From contig CP070646.1 of the NCBI GenBank assembly GCA_020354435.1, positions 3,379,818-3,443,817 of the forward strand: DNA of 64,000 nucleotides, written 5' to 3'. A program made the translations under genes and the position numbers. This DNA comes from Gammaproteobacteria bacterium. Its GTDB lineage: Bacteria > Pseudomonadota > Gammaproteobacteria > GCA-001735895. The notes under the pieces were generated by a model, which searched no databases, was not told the DNA's origin, and saw only the letters and a program-made list of their open reading frames with translations. Of the stretch, positions 58,523-64,000 are shown one piece after another. Every line of letters starts with the position of its first letter. Positions within the stretch are counted from its first letter, which is position 1.

Positions 58523-59487
58523 GAATGATCCCCGGGGCTTCCGCTGCGGGGGTAATCACGGCGAAAGCTGTCATAGTTGCGCTTGTTGCCGAACATGGCG
58601 GAAAGTCCGTGAATATACTGGCGCAGGCTGGTTTCGCAGAGTTCGCAATCGCTGCAGACGTTATCGGTCTGTAGCGAACGATAGTTATCCATTGTAAACA
58701 GCTTGCCCGGCAGATTCTGCAATACCAGTGCCTGAAGTTGCGACAGTCCCTTGCCCAGCGGCAGAATTCGCACCGGCAGCTGCAGGGCTTCGATGATCAG
58801 CTCGAGGATTTGCCGCAGGGTAAACACTTCCGGCCCGCATACCGGGTATCGCTTCGAGTAGCTTTGCGGATCGTCGACGGCATTAACGATGCGTCCGACC
58901 AGGTCGCCGACGTATACCGGTTGCAACTTGCTGTTCGGGCAGGCAAGCGGGAAATAACCGAAGTACCATCTGAGGATGCCGGCAAACTGGTTGACGAAAT
59001 TGTCTTCCTTGCCGAAGACCACGGAAGGCTGGAAGCTCGTGACCTTCAGTTCACGCTGGCCGAAAGTATGCAGCAGGTTTTCACCCTCACCCTTGCTGCG
59101 CAGATACAGGCTACTGCCGCTCGCCTGGTCGGCGCCGAGCGCACTGACGTGCAGCAGGCGTCGAATACCGGCTGCGTTGCAGGCGTCGACTACGGTTTTG
59201 ATGAAATCCACGTGATAACGACGAAAATCGCCTTTGCGCCGTTCGTGCAGAATACCCACCAGGTTTACCACCGCCTGCTGACCATTGCACAGCTCCTGCA
59301 GGTTGGCGGGATCGATGATATTACCTTCGAGCAGTCGAATGCGCGGGTGCACCAGCAGCGCGCGGTTGCGATGCGGCCTGCGGCTGGGCACGGTTACCTG
59401 CCAGCCGCGATTGGCGAGAGTAAAAGCGAGTTGCTTGCCGATAAACCCGCTGCCACCGAGAAGTAAAATGTTTCTGTTGCGACTCAT
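58519..59487 (-). CDS. NDUFA9-like NAD(P)-binding SDR family protein
   Basis: 322-aa ORF with an LLLGGSGFIGK Rossmann motif. Overall it resembles complex-I NDUFA9/atypical SDRs. It overlaps both neighbouring genes by 4 nt. Confidence 0.7.
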   Translation of the reverse strand: MSRNRNILLLGGSGFIGKQLAFTLANRGWQVTVPSRRPHRNRALLVHPRIRLLEGNIIDPANLQELCNGQQAVVNLVGILHERRKGDFRRYHVDFIKTVVDACNAAGIRRLLHVSALGADQASGSSLYLRSKGEGENLLHTFGQRELKVTSFQPSVVFGKEDNFVNQFAGILRWYFGYFPLACPNSKLQPVYVGDLVGRIVNAVDDPQSYSKRYPVCGPEVFTLRQILELIIEALQLPVRILPLGKGLSQLQALVLQNLPGKLFTMDNYRSLQTDNVCSDCELCETSLRQYIHGLSAMFGNKRNYDSFRRDYPRSGSPGDHS

Positions 59488-60842
59488 ACGGCCTTTTTTG
59501 TTCCCTGTTTTTGCTGCTGTGGCGATCCTTTTCCGCGACGTGACCGGTGCCGCCGGCCGTTGCCGGGTTTACCGCTGCCACCGGCTTTGCCGCCCCGGCC
59601 AGGTCTGCCGCCACGACCCGACCTTCCGCCGGACTTGATACGCCCTCCTTTCATCTTCACTGGCGGCGCCGGTTCGACCAGCAAATCGTTGCTGATCGAC
59701 GCCGTTGGAATCGAGCGGTTGATGTAGGATTCTATATCAATCAGGTTCATCGCGTGATTCTCGCAGGCGAAGCTGATCGCGGCGCCGGACTTGCCGGCCC
59801 GTGCGGTGCGGCCGATGCGGTGCACGTAATCTTCACCCAGCTCGGGTAAATCATAGTTAAATACATGGGTAACGTCGGGAATATGCAGTCCGCGCGAGGC
59901 GACATCGGTCGCCACCAGGATGGAATACTCACCGTCATGAAATTTTTTCAGCAGTTTCTCGCGCTTGTTCTGATGAATATCGCCGGAAATGATGGCCGCC
60001 GAAAGCCCGTTACCCTGGAGGTACTCCCATATTTTGATTGTTGCGTACTTGGTATTGGCGAATATGATGCTGCGCTGCGGCTGCAGTTTTTTTATCAAAC
60101 CGAGCAACAGCGGTATTTTTTCGTGGTTCGCCGGGTGGTAAACGCTTTGCTCGATACGCTCAACCGCGGGTGTATCGGCGTCGATCTTGATCAGCTCGGC
60201 ATTATTCATGTGCTCGTAGGCCAACTCCATCACTTTTTGTGCCATGGTTGCCGAAAACAGCATGTTTAGGCGTTTTTCCGGGTGGGGCAGACGTCGCAGC
60301 ATGTAGCGCACGTCGGATATGAAGCCCATGTCGAACATGCGGTCGGCCTCGTCCAGCACCATAACTTCGATCGATTTAAAGTTGTACAAACGCTGCTTGA
60401 AAAAATCGATCAGGCGGCCCGGCGTGCCGATGAGCACGTCGACCGGTTCGTCGAATTGTTTTTTCTGCTGTTCGTAGGCCTTGCCGCCATAACAGATCGC
60501 GAGCCTCAGCGGCAGGTCCTGGAAAAGCTTTTCAGCGTCCTTGTGAATCTGGATCGCGAGTTCGCGCGTTGGCGCCAGGATCAGCGTGCGCGGTTTGCCG
60601 GCCTCGGTAGCGGGCTGTTCGGAGGTCAGCAGCCGCTGTGCGCAGGCCAGCAGGAATGCCAGCGTCTTGCCGGTGCCGGTTTGTGCCTGGCCGGATACGT
60701 CTTTACCGGCCAACAGCAGTGGTAAGGATTTGGCCTGGATCGGTGTGCAAAAGTTGAATTCGAGCCGCTCCAGTGCTTGCAGCAGGCGCGGGTCGAGTTC
60801 CAGCGAGCGGAATCGCTGCTCGGTTAAATGTTGTTGCCCCAT
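59484..60842 (-). CDS. rhlB: DEAD-box ATP-dependent RNA helicase RhlB
   Basis: AQTGTGKT, DEAD, SAT and HRIGRTAR motifs with an Arg/Gly-rich tail. It is divergent from trxA as in E. coli. The start was chosen at MGQQHL; the track ORF begins at 60992. Confidence 0.9.
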   Translation of the reverse strand: MGQQHLTEQRFRSLELDPRLLQALERLEFNFCTPIQAKSLPLLLAGKDVSGQAQTGTGKTLAFLLACAQRLLTSEQPATEAGKPRTLILAPTRELAIQIHKDAEKLFQDLPLRLAICYGGKAYEQQKKQFDEPVDVLIGTPGRLIDFFKQRLYNFKSIEVMVLDEADRMFDMGFISDVRYMLRRLPHPEKRLNMLFSATMAQKVMELAYEHMNNAELIKIDADTPAVERIEQSVYHPANHEKIPLLLGLIKKLQPQRSIIFANTKYATIKIWEYLQGNGLSAAIISGDIHQNKREKLLKKFHDGEYSILVATDVASRGLHIPDVTHVFNYDLPELGEDYVHRIGRTARAGKSGAAISFACENHAMNLIDIESYINRSIPTASISNDLLVEPAPPVKMKGGRIKSGGRSGRGGRPGRGGKAGGSGKPGNGRRHRSRRGKGSPQQQKQGTKKAV

Positions 60843-61063
60843 GAAAGGTAAATTCTCGTAAATTCCCTGATTAATCGGACTATGGTAGCAAATTGAATAA
60901 AAACCTGCGCTGTGATTTGAAAAAGCAATTGTATATCCCCATATAACGCTTTCGCGAGGGAAAAGATGGTTTGAGTCGCCTCCATTTTGCATTATTGACA
61001 GTTAATTCTGATGCGACTAAATTGTCGGTCTGTTTTGATAAAGCCCCGGGGCTGGAGACGTAC

Positions 61064-61390
61064 GTGAGTGATAAAATTGTGTACCTTTCGGACGATAGTT
61101 TCGAAACGGATGTATTGCAGGCGGAAGGCCCTGTGCTGGTCGATTACTGGGCCGAGTGGTGCGGTCCCTGCAAAATGATTGCACCGATTCTCGAAGAAAT
61201 TGCCGACGAGTACGACGGCCGGCTCACCGTGGCGAAACTGAATATCGACGAGAATTCGAATACACCACCCAAGTACGGAATCCGCGGCATCCCGACCCTG
61301 ATGTTGTTCAAGGGCGGCGCTGTCGAAGCGACCAAGGTCGGTGCACTCTCAAAGTCCCAGCTGACGGCTTTTCTCGACAGCAATATCTAG
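61064..61390 (+). CDS. trxA: Thioredoxin 1
   Basis: 108 codons with the WCGPC active site. The GTG start at 61064 lies 6 nt after GGAG. The track ORF begins at 60971. Confidence 0.95.
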   Translation: MSDKIVYLSDDSFETDVLQAEGPVLVDYWAEWCGPCKMIAPILEEIADEYDGRLTVAKLNIDENSNTPPKYGIRGIPTLMLFKGGAVEATKVGALSKSQLTAFLDSNI

Positions 61391-61416
61391 GCAGAATCGC
61401 CTGCGAAATTTATCTG

Positions 61417-61453
61417 AAAAAGGGTCGTCAATCTGCTAGACGACCCTTATTTC
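61417..61453 (+). terminator. Rho-independent terminator after trxA
   Basis: AGGGTCGTC-N9-GACGACCCT followed by TATTTC. Confidence 0.75.
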
Positions 61454-61588
61454 ATGTGCTAATCTCTTTTTAATCGTTGCCGCATTCCCTTCGGCAATCC
61501 CCTTTATAAAAAACCGAATAAGTCCCAACGACCCGTAGACCGTTCTTACGTCTTTATTTCCGCAACCCCGCATTAGTGCATCCCTGAT

Positions 61589-62845
61589 ATGAACCTAAAC
61601 GAGCTGAAGCAACACACTGTCCCCGAATTAATCGAAACCCTGAAGGGCATGGGGGGCGATCATTCGGCCCGCATGCGCCGCGAGGACATTATTTTTAGCA
61701 TCCTCAAGTCGCAGGCGAAAAAAGGCGAAGACATTTTCAGTGAGGGTGTGCTCGAAATCCTGCAGGACGGCTTCGGATTTCTGCGTTCGGCGGATAGTTC
61801 CTACCTCGCCGGGCCCGACGATATCTACGTGTCACCGAGCCAGATTCGCCGTTTCAACCTGCGCACCGGCGACACGATCAGCGGCAAGATCCGGCCGCCG
61901 AAGGACAACGAACGTTACTTCGCGCTACTCAAGGTCGATGAAATCAACTTCGATGTGCCGGAAAACGTCAAGCACAAGGTCCTGTTCGAAAACCTGACGC
62001 CGCTGCACCCGAACGAACGCCTGCAGCTCGAGCGCGGCAACGGTTCAACCGAGGATATCACCGCGCGCATCATGGACATGGTGTCGCCTGTCGGCAAGGG
62101 TCAGCGCGGTCTGGTGGTATCTCCGCCGAAAGCCGGTAAGACGTTGATGCTGCAGAATATCGCGCAAAGCATTGCCAGCAACCACCCCGAATGTTACCTG
62201 ATTGTGCTGCTGATCGATGAGCGCCCGGAGGAAGTGACCGAGATGGAGCGCATGGTCAAGGGTGAGGTCGTCGCCTCGACCTTCGACGAACCCGCCAGCC
62301 GCCACGTGCAGGTCGCCGAAATGGTCATCGAAAAGGCCAAGCGCCTGGTCGAGCACAAGCGTGACGTCGTCATTCTGCTGGACTCGATTACGCGCCTCGC
62401 ACGCGCCTATAACACGACCATTCCGTCATCGGGCAAGGTGTTAACCGGTGGTGTCGATGCGCATGCGCTGCACCGGCCGAAACGTTTCTTCGGTGCCGCG
62501 CGCAACATCGAGGAGGGCGGCAGCCTGACGATACTGGCAACGGCATTGATCGAAACCGGCTCGAAGATGGACGAAGTCATCTACGAGGAATTCAAGGGCA
62601 CCGGTAACCTGGAAGTCCACCTCGACCGCCGCATCGCCGAGAAACGCGTATTCCCGGCAATCAACATCAACCGCTCCGGCACCCGCCGCGAAGAATTGCT
62701 GATGGACCAGGATGAGTTACAAAAGGTCTGGATCCTGCGCAAGTTTCTGCACTCGATGGACGAACTCGAGGCGATGGAATTCGTGCTTGGCCGCATGCAA
62801 ACCAGCAAGACCAATCTCGAATTCTTCGACCAGATGAAGAAATAG
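61589..62845 (+). CDS. rho: Transcription termination factor Rho
   Basis: 418-aa ORF with MNLNELK, the RNA-binding GFGFLR motif and the P-loop PPKAGKT. Confidence 0.97.
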   Translation: MNLNELKQHTVPELIETLKGMGGDHSARMRREDIIFSILKSQAKKGEDIFSEGVLEILQDGFGFLRSADSSYLAGPDDIYVSPSQIRRFNLRTGDTISGKIRPPKDNERYFALLKVDEINFDVPENVKHKVLFENLTPLHPNERLQLERGNGSTEDITARIMDMVSPVGKGQRGLVVSPPKAGKTLMLQNIAQSIASNHPECYLIVLLIDERPEEVTEMERMVKGEVVASTFDEPASRHVQVAEMVIEKAKRLVEHKRDVVILLDSITRLARAYNTTIPSSGKVLTGGVDAHALHRPKRFFGAARNIEEGGSLTILATALIETGSKMDEVIYEEFKGTGNLEVHLDRRIAEKRVFPAININRSGTRREELLMDQDELQKVWILRKFLHSMDELEAMEFVLGRMQTSKTNLEFFDQMKK

Positions 62846-62852
62846 GGGCCTG

Positions 62853-63359
62853 GTGACCCGGGTTCAATCCTTCGCGCCGGTCATCGGCACGAATCCCCGC
62901 GTTATTATTCTCGGCAGCATGCCGAGCATCGCCTCCCTGGAGGCGGTGCAGTACTACGCGCATCCGCGCAATGCTTTTTGGCCGATCATGGGTCGGCTGT
63001 TTAATTTTGATCCGGCAGCGGATTATTCCGATCGCATTCGCCAGATCGAAGCATTACCAATCATCCTGTGGGATTCGCTGAAGGCCTGTTACCGCCCCGG
63101 CAGTCTGGATTCGAACATCGACGACGGTAGCGCCGAGCCCAACGATTTTCCGTGGCTGCTGCAACAACATCCCGACGTTCGCGCGATTCTGTTTAACGGT
63201 GCCACGTCGGAAAAATACTTTCGCAAACTCGCTCTGCCACAGCTGCCGCAGTTCGAACACATCGAACTGATTCGCATGCCGTCAACGAGCCCGGCCAACG
63301 CGGGCAGGAGCTTCGAACAGAAACTCGCCGCCTGGGGCCGGATTCTCGATTACCTCTAG
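62853..63359 (+). CDS. DNA-deoxyinosine (hypoxanthine) glycosylase, UDG superfamily
   Basis: 168-aa ORF with ILGSMPS...YYAHPRNAFW and PSTSPAN motifs, which I associate with family-6 UDGs. It has a GTG start. Confidence 0.6.
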   Translation: MTRVQSFAPVIGTNPRVIILGSMPSIASLEAVQYYAHPRNAFWPIMGRLFNFDPAADYSDRIRQIEALPIILWDSLKACYRPGSLDSNIDDGSAEPNDFPWLLQQHPDVRAILFNGATSEKYFRKLALPQLPQFEHIELIRMPSTSPANAGRSFEQKLAAWGRILDYL

Positions 63360-63362
63360 TTC

Positions 63363-63511
63363 GTCATTGCGAGCGGGGCCGAGCCCGTAAGCGGAGCAAA
63401 CGCATTGGCCGCAGCGAAGCAATCTCTAGATCCCTTCGCTTACGCTCGGGACGCCTGTGGCGGATTGCTTCTTCGCGCCGCGGCCCTCGGCCTTGCGGTC
63501 CTCGTAATGAT
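63363..63511. repeat. Nested-palindrome intergenic repeat, family A copy 4 (longest, with an inserted inner palindrome)
   Basis: GTCATTGCGAG...GCAGCGAAGCAATC...GGATTGCTTC...GCGGTCCTCGTAATGAT, with the additional pair GAGCCCGTAAGCG / CGCTTACGCTCGG. Confidence 0.7.
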
Positions 63512-63518
63512 GGTTTAA

Positions 63519-64000
63519 TCAGGATTTGAGCAGACGTTTGCGCACGTGAGCCATCGGGGCGTCGTCATTGTAGATGACGGTGAAGCCGTCGAGCTTTACA
63601 CCGAGATCGCTCCATAGCGCGTCGAGATCTACGGGATAGGGATCGGCTTTCATTTTCTGGTAAAGCGGCACCAGCACGGCGACACCGGTGGCTCGGTCGC
63701 CGGCTTCGAACACCTGCATTACGGTGGCACTGGTGTGCATCGATATACCTGCATCGAGCATGCCGCGTAAAGCCTCGCGCAGGCTTTTGCGGTTATCCGT
63801 GAGTTTACGGATCTCGATATCGGCCAGCATGCAGAAGAGCGCACCGCCCCAGTAGGTGCGGCCCCAGGTGGGCGTCAGGTCGAGCCCGCGGTCACCGATT
63901 TTCGGCAGGCCCTGGGGCATGCGCTCGATGAAATTGCGCCAGATGAATTCCTCGCTCAGGTAGTTGCGCTGCGCACGCGCAATCGATTCGACATAGGTCG
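63519..64000 (-). CDS. C-terminal part of an unidentified protein (possibly peptidase-like); open to the right edge
   Basis: The frame stays open upstream of the listed Met (my translation reads ...TYVESIARAQRNYLSEEFIWRNFIERMPQG...). I could not assign a diagnostic catalytic motif. Confidence 0.45.
   Translation of the reverse strand, partial: TYVESIARAQRNYLSEEFIWRNFIERMPQGLPKIGDRGLDLTPTWGRTYWGGALFCMLADIEIRKLTDNRKSLREALRGMLDAGISMHTSATVMQVFEAGDRATGVAVLVPLYQKMKADPYPVDLDALWSDLGVKLDGFTVIYNDDAPMAHVRKRLLKS

Noticed and set aside
63895-63925. Apparent 1-nt discrepancy: the printed sequence seems to contain 63,999 nt, and the T-run near 63899-63902 is one T shorter than the ORF-track translation (…PKIGD…) requires
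   Set aside because: I treat this as a display or transcription artefact, or my own misreading, rather than a biological frameshift. All coordinates up to about 63,890 agree with the ORF track. I followed the ORF track for the last gene.

Overview
This window looks like core chromosome from a moderately GC-rich, Gammaproteobacteria-like genome, judging by gene content and order. It is densely packed with about 70 protein genes. I saw no rRNA, tRNA, CRISPR array, transposase, integrase or phage genes.

Gene blocks from left to right:
- rpoD (first codons only) and dnaG
- gltD-gltB, aroB-aroK and pilQPONM, with ponA divergent from pilM
- hemE, yqeY and rpsU, with tsaD divergent from rpsU
- plsY, a decayed bioH, and bioC
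- a split aa3-type cytochrome c oxidase biogenesis and structural cluster: DUF2909, SURF1, an SCO-like protein, ctaB, DUF2970, DUF2244, coxB, coxA, a small ORF, ctaG and coxC
- a PAS-GGDEF-EAL protein, rpoH, slyD and a tandem-receiver protein
- ftsXEY, then rsmD-coaD-ferredoxin, ggt and an aldolase-like gene
- a gapless seven-gene string: ABC ATPase, ABC-2 permease, GldG-like, DUF4340, MipA, mutM and a NorD/CbbO-like VWA protein
- rpmG-rpmB, folB-folK, a hisC-like gene, a pteridine-reductase-like SDR, a MidA-like methyltransferase, uppP, a VanZ-like gene and cca
- an NDUFA9-like SDR, rhlB, trxA, rho, a deoxyinosine glycosylase and a partial gene at the right edge

The structure not explained by genes is mainly several related families of nested palindromic intergenic repeats. 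One family has four copies. Two compound palindromes fill the folK/hisC gap. Single elements sit at 43.1 kb, 51.6 kb and 31.5 kb.

Other observations are two gene remnants (bioH, and a GltD-like C-terminal fragment fused to the hemE start), a 44-codon unannotated ORF coupled to ctaG, a candidate sigma-E promoter for rpoH, and an orphan NorD/CbbO-like VWA gene coupled to mutM.

I did not find a convincing complete novel multi-gene system such as a defence island. The candidates above are reported with modest interest scores.
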